From positions 11,382 to 75,381 of IMG/VR virus record IMGVR_UViG_3300025030_000010: DNA of 64,000 bases, one strand, 5' to 3'. This DNA is from a virus. Position numbers and translations under genes: made by a program. Positions 11,246 to 21,381 of this stretch are shown here, in pieces (within the stretch, counting starts at the first letter, position 1; each line of letters begins with the position of its first letter). The notes under the pieces were generated by a model. It made no database searches. It worked only from the letters and a program-made list of their open reading frames with translations, and was not told the origin of the DNA.

Positions 11246-11629
11246 ATGCCCGTGTCAGATTTCACATCAAGCAAACTAACAACAGACGATCCGAATTATG
11301 CCACCAAGATCAACGCTTTCATGGACTTGGTGGCTTCGGCTATCAATCTGAAATTAGACATTTCGGCTTTCACGGGCAAAACCGTAGTGCCGAAAACAGC
11401 TAACTTCACTGTCGCTGCTTCAGACTACACTATCGAGATGGACGCATCGATTGCCAGCGTAACGGCGACGTTGCCTTCTGCTGCTGCTAATACGGGTCGT
11501 CTTTTAGTTTTTGTTCGAAAGGACGCAAGTCTCTTTCGTGCCATTATCGATACTGTCTATGAGTTATATATTCAGAATGAATCCGTGACTCTTCAATCAA
11601 ATGGAACGATATGGAAAAAGGTGGGTTAA
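11246..11629 (+). CDS. Minor tail/fibre-associated protein
   Basis: TATLPSAAANTGR...ESVTLQSNGTIW motif common in tail fibre proteins. Confidence 0.5.
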   Translation: MPVSDFTSSKLTTDDPNYATKINAFMDLVASAINLKLDISAFTGKTVVPKTANFTVAASDYTIEMDASIASVTATLPSAAANTGRLLVFVRKDASLFRAIIDTVYELYIQNESVTLQSNGTIWKKVG

Positions 11630-11630
11630 A

Positions 11631-13808
11631 ATGGCCAGCTCAAATACAAGAGTTCTAGTGACGAACAAAGAAGGACTCGGGGTATACATGATACTTCGTT
11701 TCTTTGATGATCGTCTCACTCTGACAGAAGAAGCGACAGGCAATGTAATCACGATAGCTCTCACTTCTTCTCTGGCAGGTGACAATAACGGCGATCAGGA
11801 CGCATCGACAGTTCCACTTGGACCAACTTGGGGACTGAACGCAGACAATCTACAAGATGCCGCTCTGGAGCTTTCTGGCTCAGTGGGTGCAATATCGCTT
11901 TGTTCGTATATACTTCGAACGGCAGACCCGATGATGCCAAACGCAACGGTGTTGTCCGATTTGCCAACTGGAATTCTCAGAAACACGGAGATTACAGGCG
12001 AACCTGTAATCGCAGGTCCTGAAGACTTCCCCACTTTGAATCAAGACACGAATGGTAATGCCGCCACCGCGACTGCATTGGAGACCGCTCGAAACATTCA
12101 TGGACAGTCTTTCAACGGCACAGTGGACATAACTATACCTAACGCGACTGCTGCTGCTAGTGGGGTAATGTCCCCCGCAGATAAATCCAAGCTTGACGGC
12201 ATAGCGTCGGGTGCAATAGCTTACGTTCACCCTGCTACTCACCCGCCGTCTATTATAGCTCAGGACGCATCTAATCGTTTCGTCACAGATGTAGAAATTG
12301 TGTATTGGGATGCCAAAGAACCTGCGATAAACTTAGGAACCTCTACGCAATACTATCGTGGGGACAAGACGTGGCAGACTTTACCCACTGCCTCAGGTAC
12401 AGCCACAGACATTAAAATGAACGGGGTTCAGTCTGCGGGTGTTCTGACCACGCTCGCTAAGGCAGATCACATACATCCCGTTGATACAAGCAGAGCTGCC
12501 GCAGCTCACAATCAAGCCGCTGAAACCATCACAAGTGGATATCTCCCTATTGCCAGATTGAGTCCTTCGTTTGTATATGCGGCACACACCACCGTACCGG
12601 CAAACGGGGTACTTCGCGCCAATTTAGGGTCACCCACGGTTGCTGAAATGGCCATGTTTTCTTCCGAGGTAACAAACAAGACCCAGTTTCTTGCCGCTGC
12701 CAATCTTGTCGCTGAGTATTACAATGGCACTATCTGGCAGGACCTAGGTTTAAATGACACACAGAAAAAGAAGTTAGTTAGCGGTAGACCCACACTCGGC
12801 AACTTCATTATACCAGGTACCCACCAGAAGGTCAGATTCACTGTGCAAGCGCCAAGTTATATGTATCTGAACTATCTGTATATGTATCTGTCCACAAATG
12901 GAAACACTTGCAGTTGGACTATAGAAAAGAGCTTCGACGGTACAACTTGGGATAATGTCGTTGCTGATAGCGGGCAAGCGTCATCATGGCCTGGGCATAT
13001 GTTTTTATCTCATGCCACTATTGCGTGGAATAACACACCGACCATAAACGTACATTGGAAGTACGCAAGAGTCACAATCAACATCGTCTGGAATTTCCCC
13101 GCAAACGGATTCTATATCTACAATCTGGATTGGTGGGGCGGCTACCCAGCGGTTAAGCGAGAGATGTTTGATTGGGACGAGGACGCAAACATCATCATTC
13201 CTCGTCAGTTGAAAAGCAACTTAGCCACGGGCACTGCACCTTTTGTGGTAGCATCAACAACCAAAGTCGATAACTTAAACGCAGATTTAGTGGACGGGTT
13301 TCAGGCGTCTCAGACTCCGGGACCTAACAACATTCCGGTACTCTCCTCGGCGTCTGTTTTAGTTCTTCCGGCAGGGGTTCAATTTCCGGCTACTGCGGTG
13401 TCTAGTGCAAATGCGAATACTCTCGATGACTACGCGGAACTTTCGTTTGTTCCTGTAATCTCGGGAACTACAGTAGCTGGTACAAACACCTACGATCGTC
13501 AAGCGGGATTAATTACCAAGATAGGCAGACAAGTTACTCTTAGTTTGTACATTAGACTACTGACTAAAGATGCAGCGATGGCAGGCAACATTCAGATAGG
13601 AGGTCTACCGCATATCTCAAACGGAACAGTGGGTGCGTTCTGCTCGGTTGTACCTATCGGAATAACACCTCAAGCGTCTTTGTTGGGGAGCCTGGGGACT
13701 AGCTCGAATCTAATTCAAATTGTCAACTCGGTTACTAATGTCGCTGCACCTGTGTCAGCGATAGCAGTCGGCTCTGGATTTCAACTAACGCTTACTTACT
13801 TTGTGTAA
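11631..13808 (+). CDS. Tail fibre protein
   Basis: GNAATATALETARNI, MSPADKSKLDGI, YVHPATHP, NLNADLVDG and DDYAE...TKIGRQV fibre motifs; start set to ATG 11631. Confidence 0.8.
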   Translation: MASSNTRVLVTNKEGLGVYMILRFFDDRLTLTEEATGNVITIALTSSLAGDNNGDQDASTVPLGPTWGLNADNLQDAALELSGSVGAISLCSYILRTADPMMPNATVLSDLPTGILRNTEITGEPVIAGPEDFPTLNQDTNGNAATATALETARNIHGQSFNGTVDITIPNATAAASGVMSPADKSKLDGIASGAIAYVHPATHPPSIIAQDASNRFVTDVEIVYWDAKEPAINLGTSTQYYRGDKTWQTLPTASGTATDIKMNGVQSAGVLTTLAKADHIHPVDTSRAAAAHNQAAETITSGYLPIARLSPSFVYAAHTTVPANGVLRANLGSPTVAEMAMFSSEVTNKTQFLAAANLVAEYYNGTIWQDLGLNDTQKKKLVSGRPTLGNFIIPGTHQKVRFTVQAPSYMYLNYLYMYLSTNGNTCSWTIEKSFDGTTWDNVVADSGQASSWPGHMFLSHATIAWNNTPTINVHWKYARVTINIVWNFPANGFYIYNLDWWGGYPAVKREMFDWDEDANIIIPRQLKSNLATGTAPFVVASTTKVDNLNADLVDGFQASQTPGPNNIPVLSSASVLVLPAGVQFPATAVSSANANTLDDYAELSFVPVISGTTVAGTNTYDRQAGLITKIGRQVTLSLYIRLLTKDAAMAGNIQIGGLPHISNGTVGAFCSVVPIGITPQASLLGSLGTSSNLIQIVNSVTNVAAPVSAIAVGSGFQLTLTYFV

Positions 13809-13822
13809 AAGGGGATTTAACA

Positions 13823-15955
13823 ATGGGAGTATTTGTACTTAGCACTAACGGGATGTATGTTCAACCTACCGAGTTGACCTTGGCATCCGCAGCATCCAAT
13901 GCGGCTTACTCGGGAAAAACGATCATGTTTAATACCGACCAGACGTTGAGTGCGAATCTCAACTGGCCGACCGATCGTAGATTTATCCCTCAGAATAATG
14001 CTAAAATCATTCACGGGGCTTACACGATCCATTACCCCGCTGAGGTGTCTGAATGGCCCAATCGTCTACTCTTCGAGGGAACTGGAGCGATCACGGGGCT
14101 TGTTGTATCTGCACCAGAGTGGTTCGACTCTGGCGATAGTTACTTGGCGTTCTTTCGTGCCGCAAAGTCATCCAAGAACGTGATTCTTCAACCGAAGAGT
14201 TACATCTGGAAATTCTCAACAGCGGCAATAGCTCTCTCTAAGATGGGTCAAATCTGCATATCAGGCGTGTCGAATTTGACCACTATACAAGCCGACTGGA
14301 CAGGAACTACAAATATCTCAGGAGAGAGAAACTTCGCATTTCTCTCGGACGATAATGTCGCTATCAGCAATGTCACTTTCGATGGAAATAAAGCACAGCT
14401 TCAGGGGTTATTCTCACTAGAGGACAACCTGCTCTGGAACTTTTCTTGGTTTTCTCATGACGACACCATAAAGATCAAAAAATCCGATCTTCTGCTGTCG
14501 AATGTAACTTTCAAGAATATGCCTGGCTCATATACTCGCAAAGCGTCAATGACGGGGTTATTGGAGTGCTTTGATATGAATGTTGGGGTGTGGGATAGAG
14601 TTACGCTTGAGAACATCAAGAGAGTTAACTGCGACACCACGTTTCATCTCGCGGGTAGAATTCACGCAGGCATTGACGATGAAGCGAACTGGACAACTAA
14701 CGTCTCTGTGAGAAACTTCAGAGTCTATCAAGATAAAACTCCGCACACAGGGCAGTTGCAGGGCTTTGGAACATACGGAGTGAAGCGAATCACTATCGAC
14801 GGGTTATACGTCGAGAAGGCTAGACAGCACGGGCTCAACTTCGAGTGGACTGAGGACGCTGTTGCTAACGGAGTTGTAGTCAAGGATTGCGTTCTCGCCG
14901 GAATAGGCGGTTACGGTCACAACAAGAATGTAATCGTGAACGAGCCGATGATTATCAACTGCGGGACTGCTCACGCTCTTACCACACCAGCTTCAATCTT
15001 CACCCCTCAATCGGTAGTTGTCGATGTCGCTCCGATTAGATTTGTATCCGGGTCGTGGTATACGGGAGGGATAAACGGGTCGCCAACTGATGTTAGAATC
15101 GTTAGACCCAAAATAGTAATGCCAGCAACAGCGTCGATGATAGTCGGCACAATCTCGACTCCGACTCTCACAGGTGCTCTCGATCAATCCTCAGCTCAGA
15201 CGATAGTGGAAATAGGCATTGAGGATATAGACATGGCGAAGAGATTCAATCTCACAGACGGCAGATCGTGCGGGAACGCAGTCGTTGTGTCTAACGCTTC
15301 TTACATACCTCAAACTATAGACCGTCTGTCTCGAAGCGGCAGTGCCACTGCTACACCGAGCGCGAATAGAGATTACTTCACTCTCAGCGCATCGACACAA
15401 TACACGGGGATTTTTGTCAATCTGCCGGCAGGAGCTTACGCATTTAGTCTGAGACTAAAGTATGTCGATTCTGATTGGAATGTTACCGCGTCTAAATTGG
15501 ACGGATCGAACGCTGTGTTTGCGAAAAAGATTACGAGCGCGACCCCTTCTGGGTATGTGATTGTTGGAGGTGTATTTGAATCTCTGACTGACACGCAACT
15601 CAAGGTGATTCGAGATTCCACGGGTGCGGGCTCACTTCTAATTAAAGACCTTGTTATAGCGCCTCTGAGAAGTTTATCTGTCGAAGTTCCGTCATGGTTT
15701 GACGAGGGTATCGGAGCGACAATCGTAGCTGCGACTACGATAAGCCCCACGAGTTTAATCTTCAAGACATCGGGTGTGACTCCGATTGCAACGATTAACT
15801 TGCCTAAATCGAACTTCATCGGCTCGATCACGATTCTTCCGACAGCGGCATTCACAACCACTACCGCCGGGAATATCGCTCTTGCATCAACTGCGATTGT
15901 GAATAAAGCATTGACAATGACGTATGACGGCTTCAAATGGTGGCCTAGCTACTAA
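13823..15955 (+). CDS. Tailspike / pectin-lyase-like beta-helix receptor-binding protein
   Basis: ISNVTFDGN and repeating V/I-x-N beta-helix pattern; follows tail fibre. Confidence 0.6.
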   Translation: MGVFVLSTNGMYVQPTELTLASAASNAAYSGKTIMFNTDQTLSANLNWPTDRRFIPQNNAKIIHGAYTIHYPAEVSEWPNRLLFEGTGAITGLVVSAPEWFDSGDSYLAFFRAAKSSKNVILQPKSYIWKFSTAAIALSKMGQICISGVSNLTTIQADWTGTTNISGERNFAFLSDDNVAISNVTFDGNKAQLQGLFSLEDNLLWNFSWFSHDDTIKIKKSDLLLSNVTFKNMPGSYTRKASMTGLLECFDMNVGVWDRVTLENIKRVNCDTTFHLAGRIHAGIDDEANWTTNVSVRNFRVYQDKTPHTGQLQGFGTYGVKRITIDGLYVEKARQHGLNFEWTEDAVANGVVVKDCVLAGIGGYGHNKNVIVNEPMIINCGTAHALTTPASIFTPQSVVVDVAPIRFVSGSWYTGGINGSPTDVRIVRPKIVMPATASMIVGTISTPTLTGALDQSSAQTIVEIGIEDIDMAKRFNLTDGRSCGNAVVVSNASYIPQTIDRLSRSGSATATPSANRDYFTLSASTQYTGIFVNLPAGAYAFSLRLKYVDSDWNVTASKLDGSNAVFAKKITSATPSGYVIVGGVFESLTDTQLKVIRDSTGAGSLLIKDLVIAPLRSLSVEVPSWFDEGIGATIVAATTISPTSLIFKTSGVTPIATINLPKSNFIGSITILPTAAFTTTTAGNIALASTAIVNKALTMTYDGFKWWPSY

Positions 15956-15982
15956 TCTCACGATAGAGGAGGACTGTAGATC

Positions 15983-16198
15983 ATGGTAAACAATATCACA
16001 GTGGCAACTTCTGGCTGTTGTGCGATGTGTGGATTTATCACAAACAACAAGGTGATTTGGATTTCAGGGTTAATTGTAGTTCTAATTACCTGGATTTATT
16101 CACTCGTGAACATCATCGTTAATTGCCGTCGGCGCAACAAGACACTCAAACGACTACACGAAAGGAGACTTAGACGTGAGCATACCAAGCCCGCCTGA
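15983..16198 (+). CDS. Small membrane protein (possible lysis function)
   Basis: One hydrophobic segment plus basic C-terminus; GGAGG RBS. Confidence 0.45.
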   Translation: MVNNITVATSGCCAMCGFITNNKVIWISGLIVVLITWIYSLVNIIVNCRRRNKTLKRLHERRLRREHTKPA

Positions 16199-16505
16199 TC
16201 CAGTGACATGGGACCAACTTGAACGAATCTCCAAGATAATTGGTCCACTGATTGCTGTTATCATGGGTTTGATTATTGCAGCATGGAGATCGATGGACAA
16301 GAACAACGAGAAGACGACCGAAGCTTTGAATGCCCATGTTGCGGATGACGATGATGTTCACGACAGACTCTTTACCGATCTGCGAGCAACAGACAGCAAA
16401 CTCGATCATCTTCTGGGTGAACACGACAGTCGAAAAGCCTCGTCTGCTGCGTGCGAGACTCGCGCTAATCATCCGAATCCAGATAGCACGAGGCTTCCGC
16501 CCTAG
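16176..16505 (+). CDS. Small membrane protein, holin/hemolysin-like topology
   Basis: TM segment IIGPLIAVIMGLIIAAW then coiled segment; AGGAG RBS; end of late operon. Confidence 0.45.
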   Translation: MSIPSPPDPVTWDQLERISKIIGPLIAVIMGLIIAAWRSMDKNNEKTTEALNAHVADDDDVHDRLFTDLRATDSKLDHLLGEHDSRKASSAACETRANHPNPDSTRLPP

Positions 16506-16551
16506 ACGCAAGAAGCAGTCAAAGACGTGAAAGTAGTCGAGTAGACAAAAA

Positions 16552-16582
16552 GAAAGCTCTCCAGACGCATTGGAGAGCTTTC
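16552..16582. terminator. Bidirectional terminator between convergent arms
   Basis: GAAAGCTCTCCA / TGGAGAGCTTTC inverted repeat where + and - operons converge. Confidence 0.75.
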
Positions 16583-16613
16583 CTCGTTCTATTGTATGCT
16601 GTTGTAGTTCTGC

Positions 16614-16868
16614 TTAGTGCATTGTAGCGCTTCCCTTTTCGACATCCGCTTGCATAAGCTCGATTGCTTCTGCGACCTTCATGACCTTGACGAGTATTCC
16701 GTCGGGTCTGCCGATTACAGTGATGCAGGTATCTGGGTCCATGTTTTTGATGTCTTCCTCGGTGATCATCATTTCGGTTTTGCCCTCTTTGATCATCATG
16801 AGAGCTGCGATCTTGTGCCACTGACCGTTCGTTGCTTTTGTCACGGGATGCTCGGGATTGAGTTCCAT
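16614..16868 (-). CDS. Hypothetical protein
   Basis: 84-aa ORF with AGGAG RBS. Confidence 0.55.
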   Translation of the reverse strand: MELNPEHPVTKATNGQWHKIAALMMIKEGKTEMMITEEDIKNMDPDTCITVIGRPDGILVKVMKVAEAIELMQADVEKGSATMH

Positions 16869-16880
16869 TGTCTTCTCCTG

Positions 16881-17258
16881 TTATTTGCAGATGTCTCGAA
16901 TGAATTTGACTGCCATTGCCGCTACCTGAATCGCCTCCTTTCTCATTGCTTTCGGACGTTGTAACGCGGGGTGCCTCTCGATTTCTCTTTCAAGCTCTGT
17001 CAACTCACAGAGAATCGTCTTGTGCCCGACTCTCGCTTCAACCATCGGGTCCGCTTTGTACTTCGCATCGGCTTTCATGAGTTCGGCGTGAATCTCTACG
17101 ATGATCAGAGCCAATCTCGTTGGCAATAAGATTTCACCGATGGATGTTCGTAAAGCGACATCGTGCTCAATCGTCTGTTTTACTTTCCGATGAAGAAGCA
17201 GCAAGAGAACAAGAGAAGCTACATTGAAAGAAAACATGATGTTATTTAACAGTGACAC
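16881..17258 (-). CDS. Protein with MazG-like C-terminal helix
   Basis: ELTELERE...KEAIQVAAMAVKF resembles the all-alpha NTP-PPase family; N-terminal hydrophobic segment. Confidence 0.45.
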   Translation of the reverse strand: MSLLNNIMFSFNVASLVLLLLLHRKVKQTIEHDVALRTSIGEILLPTRLALIIVEIHAELMKADAKYKADPMVEARVGHKTILCELTELEREIERHPALQRPKAMRKEAIQVAAMAVKFIRDICK

Positions 17259-17862
17259 TCGATACTCCTTTTTTCTTAGATTTTCCCTTCTTAGTTACGT
17301 GAAAGACTCTGTCGGCAAATTCAATCTGTTCAACTTGGTGAGATATCATGATGATTTGAATGCCGAGACGTTCGCTAATCTCTCTGATCATTCGAGCGCC
17401 TTTCTCTGGCAGATCATCGCCCTTTAGAAACTTCAGCGGTTCATCGAGAACTAGAACAGGTCGGGTTCGATGCGCTTTGAGTGACCATAACGCAACACGA
17501 AGAGCAAAGCAAGCGACATCGACAGCGCCGCCTCCTGAAGCGGTAAGCGGGTCTACACGCTCTCCGTCTCTCACGAACCACAAGTCACACTCTGTCTGAC
17601 TTCTTCGCTGTTCAAAGCTAACCTCGAACTCATACGGATCATCGAAGACAGCAGCAAGCGCAAGCGTCACGAGTTCAGAGACGTGATACTTCAGCTCTTC
17701 TTGCGTAAGCTGCGCCACCTTTTGAATAACTGCTTGTGCCTGTTCGCAGTGCTTTTGCTCTGTCACTAGAGCCATGTGCTTTTCGTGAAGCGCGTCTAGC
17801 TGATCTTCGATCTGCTCAAGCTTGCCTTTGTGCTGCTCAAGTATCTTCGCGAAGTCTTTCAT
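17242..17862 (-). CDS. SbcC/Rad50-like ATPase, C-terminal half
   Basis: Coiled coil, ABC signature ASGG, Walker B LVLDEP, H-loop ISH; no Walker A. Confidence 0.85.
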   Translation of the reverse strand: MKDFAKILEQHKGKLEQIEDQLDALHEKHMALVTEQKHCEQAQAVIQKVAQLTQEELKYHVSELVTLALAAVFDDPYEFEVSFEQRRSQTECDLWFVRDGERVDPLTASGGGAVDVACFALRVALWSLKAHRTRPVLVLDEPLKFLKGDDLPEKGARMIREISERLGIQIIMISHQVEQIEFADRVFHVTKKGKSKKKGVSSVTVK

Positions 17863-17985
17863 CGTTCCGACCAGTCGGCGTATGCCATTTTGACAACTTC
17901 ATCGTAAGTCGAAGTCGGATATTTTCTCTCGTATTTTCTGCGCTTGCCGTCGAACCATTTCCAGAACGATGTCGGCAGAGTGAGC

Positions 17986-18231
17986 TTAGAGTTCTCCATA
18001 CTTTTCCTCCAACTCAGCCTCGATATCGTCTATCTTCTCGTCAAGCTTCTCGTCCTGACTCTTGAGTTGCGACAGCTTTCTTTTCGCTTTTTCGAGAGTA
18101 GACACACCGAAGTCCTCTTGCAGTCGCTTCATGTTCTGCTTCAGCGCTCCCTCGACTTGCGCTTTCTCCAAAGAGGCTTCCGATATTTCGTCCTTCAACT
18201 TTAGAAACTTCTTCGCTGAATCCTGGGACAT
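17986..18231 (-). CDS. Small coiled-coil protein
   Basis: Heptad-rich 81 aa with AGGAG RBS, in the SbcCD neighbourhood. Confidence 0.6.
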   Translation of the reverse strand: MSQDSAKKFLKLKDEISEASLEKAQVEGALKQNMKRLQEDFGVSTLEKAKRKLSQLKSQDEKLDEKIDDIEAELEEKYGEL

Positions 18232-18423
18232 GAAGTTCTTCTCCTGTAATAATGAGATGTTGTTCTTGAATTATCTTGGTCTGCATGATCAGAAAATCTC
18301 TACTTGTCGTGTGTAGAGTGATTGTTTCTTCCTGAAGCTTCTTGTGTTTCTTCTTTACCACTTCGAGACGAATGGCAAGATACATCGCGAAGATGAACCA
18401 AAAGATGGTAACTTGAGTTTGAG

Positions 18424-18642
18424 TCATAATTTCGTCTCTCCTTGCAGAAAAGTTCTTTGATCTGTATTTACTGCTTTCTTCTTTTTGGACGGGACGGCAG
18501 GACTGAACTGTGCGCAGTATCTAGCTGCGTTGTCGATCAATGAGTAGTCGAACGTGCGCAAACGAAATACCATCGATTTACAGAGCTGCATGAGCTTAAT
18601 ACAGTTGTCGTTGTTATTGCAGTTGAAACACGTTCGTCTCAT
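18424..18642 (-). CDS. Small Cys-rich protein
   Basis: CFNC...C...C pattern. Confidence 0.5.
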   Translation of the reverse strand: MRRTCFNCNNNDNCIKLMQLCKSMVFRLRTFDYSLIDNAARYCAQFSPAVPSKKKKAVNTDQRTFLQGETKL

Positions 18643-18650
18643 AGCAGCTC

Positions 18651-19238
18651 CTAGAAGGGAATTTCATCCTCGATATCAAAAGGCACGATGTTCAGATTGC
18701 GAATCATCGAAACAGGGTAACCTGCTTTGCGCATGAGCGACTTCGCCTCTGCTTCATCTCCGACAACCACTTTGGCAATCTTCACAACATGCTTGACGTT
18801 CGAACCGAAATACGGTGAATCCGAATTCGAGTTGCCGTAAGTTACTCTGTTTATGCAGGGCAGATAGAACCAGTATTTCGATAGACTGTCGCTGATATCA
18901 TCTATGCCGCCTTGAAACGGGTCTTTCGGCTCAATGTCTTTGTAGTCAAAGAGCCCTATCACGCCTTCAATGACTTGCTTGCACTTCTTTTCATCCGGCT
19001 CAAGCTCAGGGTGAATCTCCTTAAAAGCGAGACGAAGTGTGGGGAAGTCAGGCGCGATCAGTATTATGGGCTGAGAAAACGTCTTCATCGTGAACGTGCA
19101 AGCTATCCCCTTCATGAACTCGCTTCTGATAACGACATCGTTCGGAGAGACAGTTTCGAATCCGAGAGCCGTGCCTTTCATCTTCGCTGCCTCAGGAGCA
19201 ACAGTCAACGAGTGTTTCTTTTTCTTTGTTGTTCTCAC
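18651..19238 (-). CDS. Hypothetical protein ending in SSB-tail-like EDEIPF (paralogue of 19247-19855)
   Basis: C-terminus PFDIEDEIPF; shared motifs with neighbour. Confidence 0.7.
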   Translation of the reverse strand: MRTTKKKKHSLTVAPEAAKMKGTALGFETVSPNDVVIRSEFMKGIACTFTMKTFSQPIILIAPDFPTLRLAFKEIHPELEPDEKKCKQVIEGVIGLFDYKDIEPKDPFQGGIDDISDSLSKYWFYLPCINRVTYGNSNSDSPYFGSNVKHVVKIAKVVVGDEAEAKSLMRKAGYPVSMIRNLNIVPFDIEDEIPF

Positions 19239-19246
19239 GTTGCCTC

Positions 19247-19855
19247 CTAGAAGGGGATTTCATCGTCCGGATTAATCGAGCTGATTTCAACTGCTCGTAT
19301 GTCAGCAACTTCCCAGCCGGCTCGCTTCAAGAGCAGCTTCGCTTCAAGCTCTGTTCGCTTGACGGCATCTCCGAGTTCGGTGAAGTCGTCCGTCCCTAAG
19401 TCGCGCACCCAGATCATGCAAACGGAGTCGCTCGCCTCATGATGCACCCAAACGACATCGAGAGGCTTGCGCCCCTTATCGTCTGTATAACCTCTCCACG
19501 CTCTCACTTGCGCTTCTTCTTGTGCTTTCTCGTGAGACTTATGATCAACATAGTGAGAATGATCTTTATACGCTTCCTCGTGCTTTACGCAGACAACAAG
19601 CTCGGGGCTTGAACCATGTGTAAGCTTCAGCATTTTGAGAGCTTCCTGAAGCTGCGGCGCCGTAGGAGCCATGAGAACGAGATGTAGTGTCTTCGAGAGA
19701 GACACACAAGCAGCAGTTCCGACCATGCCGCCGTCGTGTTTCATGAATCCGATCTTCTGATTCTCAGTATAGAGAGCGTTTGCAGTATCAGCAGCTACGA
19801 CTGGACCGCGCTTGACTGGCGCAGATTCTTTCTTGACTACTTTCTTTGTCCTCAT
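19247..19855 (-). CDS. Hypothetical protein ending in SSB-tail-like DDEIPF (paralogue of 18651-19238)
   Basis: C-terminus NPDDEIPF; shared motifs with neighbour. Confidence 0.7.
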   Translation of the reverse strand: MRTKKVVKKESAPVKRGPVVAADTANALYTENQKIGFMKHDGGMVGTAACVSLSKTLHLVLMAPTAPQLQEALKMLKLTHGSSPELVVCVKHEEAYKDHSHYVDHKSHEKAQEEAQVRAWRGYTDDKGRKPLDVVWVHHEASDSVCMIWVRDLGTDDFTELGDAVKRTELEAKLLLKRAGWEVADIRAVEISSINPDDEIPF

Positions 19856-20295
19856 TTCTTAGCGTCCTCCAGCTCGTATTCGGTCTTGATCTGAAGCATC
19901 GCCAAGTTCCAGAATCTATTCCAGACTCTCTCCCAGTAGGTTATCGTTTCTGCATCGAGTGCGTCACCTGCACCTTTTACCAGATCGAGAAGAGCGTGAG
20001 TGATTGCCGGAATCTTTTCTCTGCGAGCGATTACCGAATGAGCAGGCAAACTTCTCTCAAGAATCATGAGCATCATGACAACGAGAGAAGTCGAGAGCGT
20101 TATCACCTGCTCGTTGTCGAGTCCCTCGTAAACGTCTTTCTCAGGGCACTTCGGAAGTTGCTCTGTCGGCATTATCGCTGCGACAGTCGGAGTGTTTTCG
20201 CCTCTATCTGCCATTTCTAGCAGATAGAGAACTTCTGCTTTGCGCAGACGACCTAGATTAGCGTAAGACTGTCTGATTTCCTCAACTCGTGTCAT
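19852..20295 (-). CDS. Hypothetical protein
   Basis: Translationally coupled ORF; start at MTRVEE after GAGG. Confidence 0.55.
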   Translation of the reverse strand: MTRVEEIRQSYANLGRLRKAEVLYLLEMADRGENTPTVAAIMPTEQLPKCPEKDVYEGLDNEQVITLSTSLVVMMLMILERSLPAHSVIARREKIPAITHALLDLVKGAGDALDAETITYWERVWNRFWNLAMLQIKTEYELEDAKK

Positions 20296-21218
20296 TTTTT
20301 CACCTCGAATGAATCCCATATTAGTTGTTGAACTGCTTTGTGTGTTTTGTTCTTTGCCAAGAAGCTGCGCATGTTGTCTTCAAACGAAAGCGACATCTCA
20401 CAATCATGAGAGAGACGTTCCACGAAAGCATCGATTCGCTCGTCTCGATCTGCCGCGCTGTCAATGTGCTCTCTCGATACAGCGTTCTTATCGATAGGCA
20501 AAAAGACTTGCTCGATGTCGTTTGTTTTTGCATCCCATAGAAAGACGCAGGGTTTATGATCCATCTGAGCAGCAGTTGTCCGCATGAATGAGCCGGGGTT
20601 TACTAACAGCGTGTTGCCGACTCGCTCAGTGAACGTTTGATGATTGTCGCCTGTCAGTATCAGATCGAAGCCTGTCATTTGCTTGATGATCTGCTTCGCT
20701 GTGCCGCCGCAATTCTCAGCGCCAGGGAAAGGCGGCTTACCTTGATATACGAGATGATGAACAAGAGCTATTTTCATTACGTCTTTTTCTCGTTTTATAC
20801 CAGTAAGCTCTATGCCCCAAGGGAAACCAATGACATCCGAATTGTATTTATAACCTGATATTTCAGTTGTCAGAGAGCGATCAGGAGAAAGCAGCTTTAT
20901 CGCTTCAGCTTCTGCCAGTACGTGTATGCCAGATTCCTCAATGCGTTCGAGACTGTGGGCAGGAAGATCGTGCTGACCAGGTATAGAGATAATGCCGTGA
21001 GCAAGATTCCGCAGAGCGTAGCCGATAAGAAAAGGACGAGGCTTCCAATGATGGAATAAATCACCTGCGTTGAGGACAGGTACATTATGTTTCTCCTGTA
21101 GCTCTCTCAAGAAAGCGTGCTTCTTCGTCTGCGCTTTCATGAAATCGTCTGTGCGACATTCTGGAGTTGTGTCGCGTAAGTGAATGTCGGAAGTGAGAAT
21201 CGCAGAGACGTTTTTCAT
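20292..21218 (-). CDS. SbcD/Mre11-like metallophosphoesterase nuclease
   Basis: SDIH, AGDLFH, PGQHD, HH, TGDNH and NPGS motifs; start moved to MKNVSAIL at 21218. Confidence 0.9.
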   Translation of the reverse strand: MKNVSAILTSDIHLRDTTPECRTDDFMKAQTKKHAFLRELQEKHNVPVLNAGDLFHHWKPRPFLIGYALRNLAHGIISIPGQHDLPAHSLERIEESGIHVLAEAEAIKLLSPDRSLTTEISGYKYNSDVIGFPWGIELTGIKREKDVMKIALVHHLVYQGKPPFPGAENCGGTAKQIIKQMTGFDLILTGDNHQTFTERVGNTLLVNPGSFMRTTAAQMDHKPCVFLWDAKTNDIEQVFLPIDKNAVSREHIDSAADRDERIDAFVERLSHDCEMSLSFEDNMRSFLAKNKTHKAVQQLIWDSFEVKK

Positions 21219-21381
21219 ATCTTGACTTTCCCGAATGTGATTGTGGTTGCCTCTTTGAGAATGCGTTTCTCTCTGCTCACATTGACTCTGAGCCCAAGAT
21301 CGAGTTTGAGTTGAATCAGTGGCTTTCTGATATCGTACCACCACTGAGCGATTTCGACATGCACTGGCAAAAGAAAGTGAC

